Positions 8,933 to 19,068 of a stretch of 64,000 nt of DNA are shown here, piece by piece. This DNA comes from Candidatus Marinacidobacterium sp. (lineage in GTDB: Bacteria; Acidobacteriota; Vicinamibacteria; Marinacidobacterales; Marinacidobacteraceae), in NCBI GenBank assembly GCA_965204755.1, contig OZ242011.1, forward strand, positions 1,696,001 through 1,760,000. The letters are read 5' to 3'. How positions within the stretch are numbered: position 1 is the first letter of the stretch; each line of letters opens with the position of its first letter. Below the pieces are notes generated by a model. That model worked only from the letters and a program-made list of their open reading frames with translations. It did not search any database and was not told the origin of the DNA. A program made the translations under genes and the position numbers.

Positions 8933-10138
8933 ATGCCGAAACGCATCGCCCTCGCTTATTCCGGGGGGCTCGACACCTCCTGCGCCATCCCCTGGTTGCG
9001 GGAGCGCTACGACGCCGAAGTCCTCGCGGTCATCGCCGATGTGGGGCAGGACGAGGACCTCGCCGCCGCCTCCGACAAGGCCCTCGCCTCCGGCGCGGCC
9101 GCGGTCTTCGTCGAGGACCTGCGCGAGGAGTTCGTCCGCGACTACTGCTTCCCGGCCGTCCGCGCCGGGGCGGTGTACGAGGGCCGCTACCTCCTCGGCA
9201 CCTCGCTCGCCCGCCCGGTCATCGCCAAGCGGCAGGTGGAGATCGCCCGCCGGGAAGGCGCCCGGGCGCTGGCGCACGGCTGCACCGGCAAGGGCAACGA
9301 CCAGGTGCGGTTCGAACTCGCCTTCCACGCCCTGGCGCCCGACCTCGAGGTCATCGCGCCCTGGCGGGTCTGGGACATCCGCTCCCGCGAGGACGCCCTG
9401 GCTTACGCCGCCGAGAAAGGCGTCCCGGTGGAACAGACCGCCGCCGACCTCTACAGCCGGGACCGCAACCTCTTCCACCTGAGCCACGAGGGCGAAGACC
9501 TCGAGGACCCCTGGAACGCGCCGCCGGCGAGCCTCTTCCGCATCACCGCCGACCCGGAGGCGGCCCCCGCGGAGCCCGACGCCGTGGAAGTCGGCTTCGA
9601 GGCCGGCCTCCCGGTGTCCGTGGACGGCCAGCCGCTCGGCCCCGTCGCCCTGCTCACCCGCCTGAACGAGGCCGGCGCCCGCCACGGCGTCGGCCGGGTG
9701 GACATCGTGGAGAACCGCCTGGTCGGCATGAAGTCGCGCGGCGTGTACGAGACCCCCGGCGGGACGATCCTCCACGAAGCCCGCGCCGCGCTCGCCGGCC
9801 TCTGCCTCGACCGCGCCACCGACCACTTCGCCGCCGCCGCCGCCCTCCGCTACGCCGAACTGGCGTACGACGGCAAGTGGTTCTCCGCGCTCCGGGAGGC
9901 GCTCGACGCCTTCTTCGCCGAGGCGCACCGGAACACCACCGGCAGCGTCCGCGTCCGCCTGTTCCGGGGGACGGCCGCCGCCGTCGGGCGCCGGAGCCCG
10001 AAGAGCCTCTACCGGGAGGACTTCGCCACCTTCGGCGCCGACGAGGTGTACCGGCAGGCCGACGCCGAGGGCTTCATCCGCCTGTTCGGGCTCCCGGAGC
10101 GGATCCGCCGCCTCTCCGGCGCCGACGCCGACTCCTGA
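8933..10138 (+). CDS. argG: Argininosuccinate synthase
   Basis: LAYSGGLDTS, HGCTGKGNDQVRFE, ENRLVGMKSRGVYETPG. Confidence 0.97.
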   Translation: MPKRIALAYSGGLDTSCAIPWLRERYDAEVLAVIADVGQDEDLAAASDKALASGAAAVFVEDLREEFVRDYCFPAVRAGAVYEGRYLLGTSLARPVIAKRQVEIARREGARALAHGCTGKGNDQVRFELAFHALAPDLEVIAPWRVWDIRSREDALAYAAEKGVPVEQTAADLYSRDRNLFHLSHEGEDLEDPWNAPPASLFRITADPEAAPAEPDAVEVGFEAGLPVSVDGQPLGPVALLTRLNEAGARHGVGRVDIVENRLVGMKSRGVYETPGGTILHEARAALAGLCLDRATDHFAAAAALRYAELAYDGKWFSALREALDAFFAEAHRNTTGSVRVRLFRGTAAAVGRRSPKSLYREDFATFGADEVYRQADAEGFIRLFGLPERIRRLSGADADS

Positions 10139-10164
10139 CCGACCCCGAACCCCCGGCGGCGCCC

Positions 10165-11529
10165 ATGAAACTCTGGGGCGGGCGGTTCTCCGCGCCGCCG
10201 GCGGACGCGCTCGACCGGCTGGGGAAGTCCATCTCCTTCGACCGCCGCCTCCACGCCGAGGAGGTCCGGGTGAACCGCGCCTACGCCCGGGCGCTGGCCG
10301 GCGCCGGCGTGCTGACCCCCGACGAACTGGAGCGGATGCTGGCCGGGCTCGAACGGGTGGGCGCGGTTCTCGCCGCCGACCCGCCGCCTCCGCTCGACGA
10401 CGAGGACATCCACACCGCGGTGGAGCGGCTGCTCCACGCCGAAATCGGGGACCTGGCGCGGAAACTCCCCACCGGCCGCAGCCGCAACGACCTCTCCCAG
10501 ACCGCGTTCCGGCTCTGGCTGGGCGACGCCGTCGCGCAGTTGACGAACGCGCTCGACCCCCTCCGCGCCGCGCTCCTCGACCGCGCCGAGGAATCGGCGG
10601 AGTCCGTCGTCCCCGGCTACACCCACCTGCAGCGGGCCCAGCCGGTCGTCTTCGGCCACCTGCTGCTCTCCCACTTCTGGCCGCTCACCCGCGACCGCGC
10701 CCGCCTCGCCGCCGCCGCCGGGCGCGCCGCCGCCTCCCCGATGGGCGCCGGGGCGCTCGCCGGGAACCCCTACCCGGTGGACCGCTCCGCCATCGCCGCC
10801 GAACTCGGGTTCCCGGAGGTGCTGGAGAACAGCGTGGACGCCGTCGGGACGCGCGACTACGCGATGGAATTCCTCGCCGCCGGGGCGATCCTGGGCGTGC
10901 ACCTCTCCCGGCTGGCCGAGGATGTAGTCCTCTGGTCGTCCGCCGAGTTCGGCTTCGTCCGGCTCGACGACGCCTTCTCCACCGGCTCGAGCCTGATGCC
11001 GCAAAAGCGCAACCCGGACGGCTTCGAGTTGATCCGGGGCAAGACCGGGCGGCTGACCGGGAACCTGGTGGCGCTCCTGACCACGGGCAAGGGCCTCGCC
11101 TCCGGCTACCAGCGCGACCTGCAAGAAGACAAGGAACCCTGCTTCGACACCCTCGACACCCTGTTGACGGCGCTCCCGGTGGCCGCCGGAACGGTCGCGA
11201 CGATGCGGCTGGACGAAGGCCGGATGGCGGCGGCGCTCTCGTGGGACCTGCTCGCCACCGACCTCGCGGAGTACCTGGTCGAGCGGGGCCTCCCGTTCCG
11301 GGACGCCCACGAGGCGGCCGGGGAGGTCTTCGCCCACTGCGAGCGCGAGTCCGTCCCGCCTCCGTCCCTCGATCTCGAAACCCTGCGCCGGTTCTCCCCG
11401 GTCTTCGACGAGGGCGCGAGCGAGGTCTGGGACTACCGCCGCTCGGCGGAGCGCCGCGCGGTCCGGGGGGGCGCCGCGCCGGCCGCCGTGCGCGAACAGA
11501 TCACCGCCGCCCGCCGAACCTTGGACTGA
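10165..11529 (+). CDS. argH: Argininosuccinate lyase
   Basis: MKLWGGRF, GRSRND, PGYTHLQRAQP, GSSLMPQKRNPD, QEDKE. Confidence 0.97.
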   Translation: MKLWGGRFSAPPADALDRLGKSISFDRRLHAEEVRVNRAYARALAGAGVLTPDELERMLAGLERVGAVLAADPPPPLDDEDIHTAVERLLHAEIGDLARKLPTGRSRNDLSQTAFRLWLGDAVAQLTNALDPLRAALLDRAEESAESVVPGYTHLQRAQPVVFGHLLLSHFWPLTRDRARLAAAAGRAAASPMGAGALAGNPYPVDRSAIAAELGFPEVLENSVDAVGTRDYAMEFLAAGAILGVHLSRLAEDVVLWSSAEFGFVRLDDAFSTGSSLMPQKRNPDGFELIRGKTGRLTGNLVALLTTGKGLASGYQRDLQEDKEPCFDTLDTLLTALPVAAGTVATMRLDEGRMAAALSWDLLATDLAEYLVERGLPFRDAHEAAGEVFAHCERESVPPPSLDLETLRRFSPVFDEGASEVWDYRRSAERRAVRGGAAPAAVREQITAARRTLD

Positions 11530-11663
11530 ACGGGGACTGAACCGGGGACTGGGCGGGGGACCGAGCGGGCCGCGCGCCCCCCGCTCCGCAGTCGGGGCGC
11601 AGAACGCGGGACCGCCGGGCCCGAAGGCCGGGGCGGAACCGGGTACCCTCTCCACCGAAAGCC

Positions 11664-11948
11664 ATGAGCAGCGGAACCCGGCGCCGGCGCCACGCGGCCG
11701 CCGCCGCCCTGCTGGCGCTCGTCACCGCCGCGGCGCCCGCGGCCGAGGTCCTCCACGACCATTCGCCTGGTGCGGGCGCCGAGTGTCCGGTGTGCGAGGG
11801 ATCGCCGACGCCGGACGGCGTCCGGTGCGACGGAGCGGCGCTCCCGGCCGAACGGGACGCCGCGGGGCCCGGTCTCGCCGAGTCCGACGCGGGGACCGGG
11901 CCGCCGGCCCTCCCGCGCTCGCATGGCGCCCGCGCGCCGCCGGCCTGA
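11664..11948 (+). CDS. DUF2946/CruR-like small exported protein with CxxC and C-terminal RAPP motif
   Basis: Signal-like RRRRHAAAAALLALVTAAA, then HDH, CPVC, and C-terminal ARAPPA*. Confidence 0.7.
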   Translation: MSSGTRRRRHAAAAALLALVTAAAPAAEVLHDHSPGAGAECPVCEGSPTPDGVRCDGAALPAERDAAGPGLAESDAGTGPPALPRSHGARAPPA

Positions 11949-12046
11949 CCGGCCGACGATTCCCCGACCCGGAACCGGCCGGCTCCCCTCGTCGGCGAGC
12001 CTTTGGACGGTCGTTCCTCCCCTGCCCCCATGCGAGGAGGAATCCC

Positions 12047-12508
12047 ATGCGGCAGCATCCCCATACCCCCATTACTCCGATCGCCGGCCTTCGCGCCGGC
12101 CCCGACCCCGCCGCGCCCGACCGGGCGGCCGCCTTCTCGCCCGGAGCGTCCGCCGAGACGCCGGCAGAGCGGGCGCGCGTCGTCGACGCCGTCGTTGCGG
12201 CGTGCTGCGCTTGCGCGGTCGAGGCCGTCCGCAGGATCAAGATGACCCTGGGCGCCGCTCGCATGGCCTCGGTCGCGGCGTGCTGCGCCTGCGCGTGCTG
12301 CGCGACCTCGAAGAAGCCGGAACCGCCGCAGCCCGGCGCCGGCCCGTGCGAGCGGGCGGCGTACGCCTACGAGACCGCGACGGAGGCGATCGCCGTGGCG
12401 CACCGGAGCGGCGCGGACTCGGTGCAGATGTCGCGTCTGAACGCAGAGCGGGAGGAGGTCGAGGAGCGGCGCGACAAGGTCTGCGGCGTGACGCGGGTGG
12501 CCGGATGA
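12047..12508 (+). CDS. Cys-rich hypothetical protein
   Basis: GAGGAGG RBS before ATG 12047, two VAACCACA repeats, stop overlaps next ATG (ATGA). Confidence 0.5.
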   Translation: MRQHPHTPITPIAGLRAGPDPAAPDRAAAFSPGASAETPAERARVVDAVVAACCACAVEAVRRIKMTLGAARMASVAACCACACCATSKKPEPPQPGAGPCERAAYAYETATEAIAVAHRSGADSVQMSRLNAEREEVEERRDKVCGVTRVAG

Positions 12509-13313
12509 CGGCGGCCGGCGGACGGGGACGACGGTCGTCCGTTCGCCGGCGCTCCGCGCGATGCGCCCTCGCGCTCGCTTGCCTGTTCCCCGCCGGACGC
12601 GCGGCGGGGCAGGAGGCGTTCCGGATCGCCGGCATCACCGCGGCGCCCGGCAGCGCCGCTTCCGGGCATCTCGAAGTCGCCCCCGCCGGGGGCGACGCCG
12701 GAACCTCCATTCCCCTGACCGTCGTGCACGGCGCGCGTCCGGGGCCGGTTCTGACGCCGGTCGCCGGAATCCACGGCTCCGAGTACGCGCCCATCCTCGC
12801 CCTGCAGCGCCTTCGCCCGCTGCTCGACCCCGGGGAACAGGCCGGGACCGTGGCGCCGGCCCACATCGCCAACCTGCCGGCGTTCCCGGGACGGACGATC
12901 TACTTCGGGCCGGACGACCGCGTGAACCTGAACCGGTCGTTCCCGGGAAAGCCGGACGGCTCGCTCACCGAGCGGGTCGCCCAGGTCCTCACCGAGGAGG
13001 TCATCAGCCGCTCCGACTACCTGCCGGACATCCACTCCGGCGACGGGAACGAAGGGCTCCGACCTTCCTGCACCGGCTACTACGCCGAAGCCGGCGGCCC
13101 CGTAGTGATCGAGGAGTCGCGGCGGATGGCGCCGGCGTTCGGTCTCGACACCATCGTCCGATTCCGGGGCGGCCTGGATGCCGAGAGCGCCATCCGGTGC
13201 GGGGCCGCCGCGGTCGCCCGGGGGCGCCGGCCGACGGCCTGATGCTCATCCTGCTCGGAACCCCGCCGGTGAACCGCGGCGAAACCATCGCCGTGATCGC
13301 CAGGATCGAATGA
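12505..13313 (+). pseudogene. Succinylglutamate desuccinylase/aspartoacylase (M14) family, internally deleted and frameshifted
   Basis: AGIHGSE, NLNRSFPG and DIHSG motifs. The frame stops at 13242, while the typical C-terminus (APADGLMLILLGTPPVNRGE) is in another frame. Confidence 0.72.
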
Positions 13314-13323
13314 CCCGGAACCC

Positions 13324-14460
13324 TTGAGCCCGAAACGCGTCGCCGGCATAGACGCCCTGCGGGGGCTCGTCATGCTGCTGATGCTGGTGGATCATGTGCG
13401 GGAGACGGTGTACCTGCACATGCAGGTCGCGGATCCGGTGGATCCCGCCGCGGTGACGCCGGGATTGTTCTTCACCCGCTCGCTGAGCCACATCTGCGCC
13501 CCGGTCTTCATCGCCCTCACCGGGCTCGGCGCGTACCTCCACCGGCAGACGCACACCCGGCGGGAGACGACGCGGTTCCTGCTGGCGCGCGGCGCTTTCC
13601 TGATCGCGCTCGAACTCACCGTCGTCGGCTTCGCCTGGACCGCGGAGTTCCCGCCGTCCCGGCTCTTCCTCCAGGTGATCTGGTGCATCGGCATCTGCAT
13701 GATCGCGCTGGCCGGGATGCTGTTCGTGGGCCGCCGCATCCAAGTCGCAGTGGGCGCGGCCCTCGTCGCCGGGCACAACTTGCTGGACGGCATCGTCCTG
13801 CCCGAAACCTCCCCGTTCTTCGTCCCCTGGGCCATCCTGCACCAGCGCGACCTCATCGAACTCGGCGCCGGCGTCACCGCGCGGACGAGTTACCCGGTGC
13901 TGCCGTGGATCGGCGTCATCGTCCTCGGCTACGCGCTCGGCCCGTGGTTCAGCCGGATCCGCGCGGAGGGAACCACGGTCCGCCGCCTGGCGACCCTGGG
14001 CGCCGGTCTGCTCGCCGCCTTCGCCGCCCTCCGCTGGCTGAATGTCTATGGGGACGCGCCCCGGTTCGTCGCGGACGACGCGGTCACGACGGTGATGAGT
14101 TTCCTGTCGCTGACGAAGTACCCGCCGTCGCTCCTGTTCCTCCTGAGCACGCTGGGGGCGGGCGCCGTCCTGCTGGCGCTCTTCGAGGCCATGGAGCGCG
14201 CGTGGCTCACCCGGGCGATCGCGATCTTCGGCGCCGCCCCGATGTTCTTCTACATCTTCCACCTCTATGTCCTGAAGGCCGCCTACCTGGTGGCGCTCTC
14301 GATCTACGGGCCGAACCGGGGGGAGTACTTCGGCGTGGACCGCCTCGGCTCGATGTGGCTCTGGAGCCTCGCGCTGGTCCTGCCCCTCTACTTCCCGACC
14401 CGGTGGTTCGCCCGCTGGAAGCGCCGGCGCCGCGACCTCCCCTGGCTCCGCTACTTCTGA
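13324..14460 (+). CDS. DUF1624 / heparan-alpha-glucosaminide N-acetyltransferase-like membrane protein
   Basis: IDALRGLVMLLMLVDH, FTRSLSHICAPVF, YPVLPWIG, TKYPPSL. Confidence 0.88.
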   Translation: MSPKRVAGIDALRGLVMLLMLVDHVRETVYLHMQVADPVDPAAVTPGLFFTRSLSHICAPVFIALTGLGAYLHRQTHTRRETTRFLLARGAFLIALELTVVGFAWTAEFPPSRLFLQVIWCIGICMIALAGMLFVGRRIQVAVGAALVAGHNLLDGIVLPETSPFFVPWAILHQRDLIELGAGVTARTSYPVLPWIGVIVLGYALGPWFSRIRAEGTTVRRLATLGAGLLAAFAALRWLNVYGDAPRFVADDAVTTVMSFLSLTKYPPSLLFLLSTLGAGAVLLALFEAMERAWLTRAIAIFGAAPMFFYIFHLYVLKAAYLVALSIYGPNRGEYFGVDRLGSMWLWSLALVLPLYFPTRWFARWKRRRRDLPWLRYF

Positions 14461-14513
14461 CCTCCGCCCGCCACGCGGAGGCGTAGAAACCGGTCGAGGT
14501 CCGGGTCTCCCGT

Positions 14514-15896
14514 TCAGCGCCCCCGCTCGAGCGCGGCGAGCGCGGCCCCGAGGCGGCGCTCGGCGGCGGGGTCCCCGGCGAACCGGTCGAGCGCCCGGCG
14601 GAGGACCCGCCCCGCGTCCCGGACGCTCCCGATCTCGCGCCAGACGCGGGCGAGCAGCACATGCCGGTCCGCCTCGTCCGGGAACTCGATGAGGAACCGC
14701 TGCGCCCCCCGCAGCGCGAGCCCGTGGTCCCCGATCCGCAGCGCGTGGACGACGAACGCGGACACCGCGCGGAAGTCCCCGGGCCGGAACTCCGCCTCGC
14801 CGAGCAACTCCGACGACCGGTCGCTCTCCGCCTTCCGCCGCTCGAACTCCGCGAACAGGCCCTCCGCCTCCTCGCGCCGCCCCTGTCGCCGGAGCAGTCG
14901 CGCCATCTCCAGCCGGGCTTCGTTCCGGCCCGGATCGTCCGCGAGCGCCCGGCGGAACAGGGCCTCGGCGGTCTCGTTCTCCCCGATCTCCAGCCGGGCG
15001 CGCCCCAAGGCCAGCCGCGCCTCCGCATCGCCGGGCGCGGCGGCCACGGCGGCTTCCAGGTACGGGAGCGCCTCTTCCGCCCGCCCCCCGCGCACCAGGA
15101 TCCGGCCCAACAGCCTACCGGCCGGCCCGCCCTCCGTCGTCCCCTCGGCGAGCCGCCGGAGATCCCCGACGGCTTCTCGGCCCCGTCCGACGCTGTCCAG
15201 CAACTCCGCGCGAACCAAGATCGCCGCCGGGTCCGGTTCGTTCCCGCGCAACAACTCTTCGACGGTCGCGAAGGCCTCCTCGGTACGCCCGAGACGAGCG
15301 AGCACCACCGCCCGACCCCGGATCGCGGCGGCGCGCCGCGGATGGCCCTCGAACCGGGCCAAGGCTCGTTCGTGGCAATGGAGTTCGGCCAACATCCGCC
15401 CCGCCTCGATGTCCGGCTCCGGCCCGGCGGGCGGCGTCGGCGACCGTGCGGCGCGATCGAACGCGTCGAGCGCGTCGAGCGGCCGGAGCGCGCGTCGGAG
15501 CAGCACCCCGGCGGCCGTCCACCCCTCCGGGCCGAGTTCCCCCGCCGCAGCCGCTACGGCGTCCACGAGTTCCGGCGTCATCGGCGCCCGGCGGGCGAGG
15601 TCCCAGAGCCGCGCCCGCGCCTCGTCGGAATGCTGATCGGCGGCGAAGGCCCGCCGCAGCGATTCGACTCCATCGTCTTCCGCCACCTGCCGCGGTTCAA
15701 CCGCCCCGACCACCGATTTCGCCGGGTCCGCGGGAGCCGCGCCCACGCCGAGCGCGATCGCCGCAAGCAGCGGGAAGCCTGCGAAACGCGCCGTGGGGCG
15801 GCTGGGCGCCGGGTCGTTACGGTCTGTTGGAACGCCGGCTCGGAGGGTCGGAATTCCGAACCGTCGTCCGCTGAAGCGGCCGCCCGCTCTCCACAT
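14514..15896 (-). CDS. Tetratricopeptide repeat protein (start uncertain)
   Basis: Repeated TPR helices (EARLALGRARL...EALFRRAL), signal-like LLAAIALGVGA. Confidence 0.75.
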   Translation of the reverse strand: MWRAGGRFSGRRFGIPTLRAGVPTDRNDPAPSRPTARFAGFPLLAAIALGVGAAPADPAKSVVGAVEPRQVAEDDGVESLRRAFAADQHSDEARARLWDLARRAPMTPELVDAVAAAAGELGPEGWTAAGVLLRRALRPLDALDAFDRAARSPTPPAGPEPDIEAGRMLAELHCHERALARFEGHPRRAAAIRGRAVVLARLGRTEEAFATVEELLRGNEPDPAAILVRAELLDSVGRGREAVGDLRRLAEGTTEGGPAGRLLGRILVRGGRAEEALPYLEAAVAAAPGDAEARLALGRARLEIGENETAEALFRRALADDPGRNEARLEMARLLRRQGRREEAEGLFAEFERRKAESDRSSELLGEAEFRPGDFRAVSAFVVHALRIGDHGLALRGAQRFLIEFPDEADRHVLLARVWREIGSVRDAGRVLRRALDRFAGDPAAERRLGAALAALERGR

Positions 15897-16127
15897 AACT
15901 CGTTGAAATATAATCGCTTCCCGCCAAGAGAATCGGAGACGCCGCGGGGGAATACGCGTTGCGTGATACCCTTTCCGGCTCTTGCTTTCGACCGTTCTCA
16001 AGACGACGCCCCCTCCCGCTGCGCCCGCGCCGGGAGGCTTGCGATCCGGCCTGCGTCGTCGCTCCGGCCCGGCTGTCGAGGCCCGGCCGGAGGCGGTCAT
16101 CCAGCCCGCCTCGTAAGGAGGTTCTCC

Positions 16128-18995
16128 ATGCGCAAAGTGGCCTTCGTGCTCTTCGCGGCGTTGCTTGCCGCCGCGCCGCTGTTCGCCCAGACCCAGACCG
16201 GAACCATTACCGGAACGGCGACCGACGAACAGGGCGCCGTCATTCCGGGCGTCACCGTCACCGTCGACAGCGACTCGTTGATCGCTCCCCGCTCGACCAC
16301 GACCGGAAGCGGCGGCTCTTACAGCCATCCGGCGCTTCCTCCGGGCGACTACACGGTCACCTTCGCGCTCTCCGGCTTCCAGACCGTGATTCAGGAAGGC
16401 GTCCGCGTCAGTGTGGCGCGCACCCTGACGGTCAACGGCGAAATGGGCCTCTCCGGAGTCGAAGAGACCGTCACCGTGACCGGGGAGGCTCCGGTGGTGG
16501 ATGTGCGGAGCGCCACCGTTCAGACCAACATCGAACAGGAACTGCTGGATGCGGTCCCGACGGGTCGGAACCCGTGGGTGATGGCCGGGCTGGTGCCGGG
16601 AATGGTTACCACGAGAGTGGATGTCGGCGGCAGTAACGGCATGCAGCAGTACGGCATGGAGATCTTCGGATCTTCCGCCACCATGCAGACCTTCAGCGTT
16701 GACGGGTTGAAGGTGAACTGGCCGGGAGGCACCGGCGGATGGACGATGCAGTACTACGGCTTCTCGATGTACGAGGAATTCAACTTCCAGACCTCGACCC
16801 ACACGGCGGAATCGGACACCGGCGGCGTGTTCATGAACATGGTCGTGAAGTCCGGCGGTAACGACTTCAGCGGCGATGTCGTCGGCCTCTACAACGCGAC
16901 GGGACTCCAAGGTGAAGCGGGCGAGTTGGCTTCGGCGCCGATTACCAGGGGCATAGATGTGAACGGCACTCTCGGAGGGCCGATCGTCCGGGACCAGGCT
17001 TGGTTCTTCGGCGCTTACCGGTACTGGGTGCACGATCAGGAAGTCACCGTCCCGGACGACTTCGTCGGTACGAAGCCGGTGGACGACAATCGCATCCGCA
17101 ACGCCAGCGCCAAGATCACCTGGCAGCCGACGGACAACGATCGGCTGTTCGTGATGTATCAGCGGAACTGGAAGCAGCGCTTCCACCGGCGAGACGGCTT
17201 CCGTTCGGCGGTCGCAGACGAACTGGCGCGTTTCCAGGATCAATGGGCCGACAACATGGTCGCCTCGTACAATCGGGTCCTCGGGGACGACGCGCTCCTG
17301 GACATTCGTTTCGGTCGAATGTGGGGCGTCACTCCGTACATCCTCTATGCCGAGTACTGCGGGATCCCCGTTGACGAGTACCCCGATGCGCGACCCTGCA
17401 CGGAAAACGACATTTCCGTACGAGATACGGTTCGCCGCGAACTGTTCAACGCCGACGACCGGGGTGAGTCTTGGGGCCCGGTCCATCGCAACCAGTTCAA
17501 CGGCTCGCTGACTTACTTCCTCGACACCGGTGCGGGCTCCCACAATTTCAAGGTCGGTGCGCAGGCGTCGCGGGAATTCATCGAGAGCCGGCAGTTCAAG
17601 AACGGGGACGCGTTCGGCGAACTCAGTGATGGAGTGCCGACCCGGATCAACATCTCGAGGACACCGAAGACATCGCACGAACGGCTCAACACTTGGGCGG
17701 CCTATGTGCAGGACGCTTGGACGATCGGAAACCGCTTCACTCTGAATCTTGGCCTGCGTCTCGACGGCGCCTACGGATATGTGCCGGTGCAGAGCAGTCC
17801 GCCCGGTACCTGGGCCGCGGTGTCGGAGCAGTTGAGTGATGTCATGTTCGATGTCACCTCGGAGATCGGTGGCCTTCCGGATTGGCCGATGAATCTGGGA
17901 CCGCGTCTCAGTTTCTCCTTCGACTTGCTCGGCGACGGGCGCCACGCCCTGAAGGGCGGCTGGGGCCGTTACTACACTCAGATGGGGAACGGACTGTCCT
18001 CGAACGCGAACCCCAACGCGGGCGCCAACGCTTGGGTCGGCTGGAACGATGTGGACGGCGACCGGCTCGTGGACATCGGGCCGTCCGGGACACTCGTCGA
18101 CAGCCCCGAAGTCGTGCTCAGCGAGTTCCAAGGCTTCACCGGCGGTGCGAGCACGGTGTACGACTCCGATTCGACCCGCCCTTACAGCGACGACATCTCA
18201 CTCGGTATCGACATGACCTTGGGCAATGACATTTCGTTCAGCGCGACCTACCACCGTCGCATGCATCGAAATTCACTGGGTTTGGTGAACCGCGCCCGCC
18301 CATCCTCCGCGTACGATTCCGTCGAGGCCGCGTGTGAGACGGAAGGCTGTCCACAGCCTACCTACACTGTTTACAGCCTCCAAGAGGATTTCCGCACGGC
18401 GCAAGACAATGTGATTACGAATGTAGAGGCGCTGAGGAGCAACTACAACGGAGTCGCCATACAGATCCAGAAGCGCTTCTCGAATCGCTGGCAACTCTTG
18501 GGTGGCGCGACTTTCTCCAGCCACAAGGGGGTTCCCCACAGCCTGCCGTGGGACGGCAACGATTGGAACAACCCGAACCGGTTGATCAACCGTGACAACG
18601 GCTCCGTCCTGACCGATCTTCCTTGGGTGGCGAACTTCGCCGGGAGTTATCTCGCCCCTTGGGACATCCAGTTCGGTTTCAACTATCGCGGACGCGCAGG
18701 AAACCCTCTGGTGGCGACAGTGCCGGTAACGGGTTTGGGTCAAGGCAGCGAGAGCATCTACGCCTATCAGCGAGGCGAAGAGCGCACCGAGGCGCTCACT
18801 CAACTCTTGGATTTCAATGTCCGGAAGGGTGTCGACATCGGGGACGCGCGGTTTGAACTCGGTGTTGACTTGGCCAACATCTTCAATACACAACCTGCCA
18901 TCGCTTTGAACACGAGTCTCGGTTCACGGTATCTCACGCCCACCAATGTCTTGACGCCGCGGGTAGTCCGCTTCACCGCGAAGTTGTTGTTCTAG
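16128..18995 (+). CDS. TonB-dependent receptor, Oar-like, with N-terminal carboxypeptidase-regulatory-like domain
   Basis: AAGGAGG RBS, signal peptide, GTITGTATDEQGAVIPGVTVT, TLNLGLRLD, C-terminal Phe. Confidence 0.92.
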   Translation: MRKVAFVLFAALLAAAPLFAQTQTGTITGTATDEQGAVIPGVTVTVDSDSLIAPRSTTTGSGGSYSHPALPPGDYTVTFALSGFQTVIQEGVRVSVARTLTVNGEMGLSGVEETVTVTGEAPVVDVRSATVQTNIEQELLDAVPTGRNPWVMAGLVPGMVTTRVDVGGSNGMQQYGMEIFGSSATMQTFSVDGLKVNWPGGTGGWTMQYYGFSMYEEFNFQTSTHTAESDTGGVFMNMVVKSGGNDFSGDVVGLYNATGLQGEAGELASAPITRGIDVNGTLGGPIVRDQAWFFGAYRYWVHDQEVTVPDDFVGTKPVDDNRIRNASAKITWQPTDNDRLFVMYQRNWKQRFHRRDGFRSAVADELARFQDQWADNMVASYNRVLGDDALLDIRFGRMWGVTPYILYAEYCGIPVDEYPDARPCTENDISVRDTVRRELFNADDRGESWGPVHRNQFNGSLTYFLDTGAGSHNFKVGAQASREFIESRQFKNGDAFGELSDGVPTRINISRTPKTSHERLNTWAAYVQDAWTIGNRFTLNLGLRLDGAYGYVPVQSSPPGTWAAVSEQLSDVMFDVTSEIGGLPDWPMNLGPRLSFSFDLLGDGRHALKGGWGRYYTQMGNGLSSNANPNAGANAWVGWNDVDGDRLVDIGPSGTLVDSPEVVLSEFQGFTGGASTVYDSDSTRPYSDDISLGIDMTLGNDISFSATYHRRMHRNSLGLVNRARPSSAYDSVEAACETEGCPQPTYTVYSLQEDFRTAQDNVITNVEALRSNYNGVAIQIQKRFSNRWQLLGGATFSSHKGVPHSLPWDGNDWNNPNRLINRDNGSVLTDLPWVANFAGSYLAPWDIQFGFNYRGRAGNPLVATVPVTGLGQGSESIYAYQRGEERTEALTQLLDFNVRKGVDIGDARFELGVDLANIFNTQPAIALNTSLGSRYLTPTNVLTPRVVRFTAKLLF

Positions 18996-19068
18996 GAGGA
19001 CTGCTCTGTCGGGTCTGTTCAGCCGCCCTCCGCCGTCTGGAGCACGGCGGGGGGCGCACGGAGGAAAC

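Noticed and set aside
11523-11552. Short GGACTGAAC(C)GG direct repeats at the argH end
   Set aside because: Only two to three short degenerate units; likely slippage.
15896-15908. IHF-like site TAACTCGTTGAAA upstream of the TonB receptor
   Set aside because: One mismatch to a short consensus and no sigma54 promoter found to support it.
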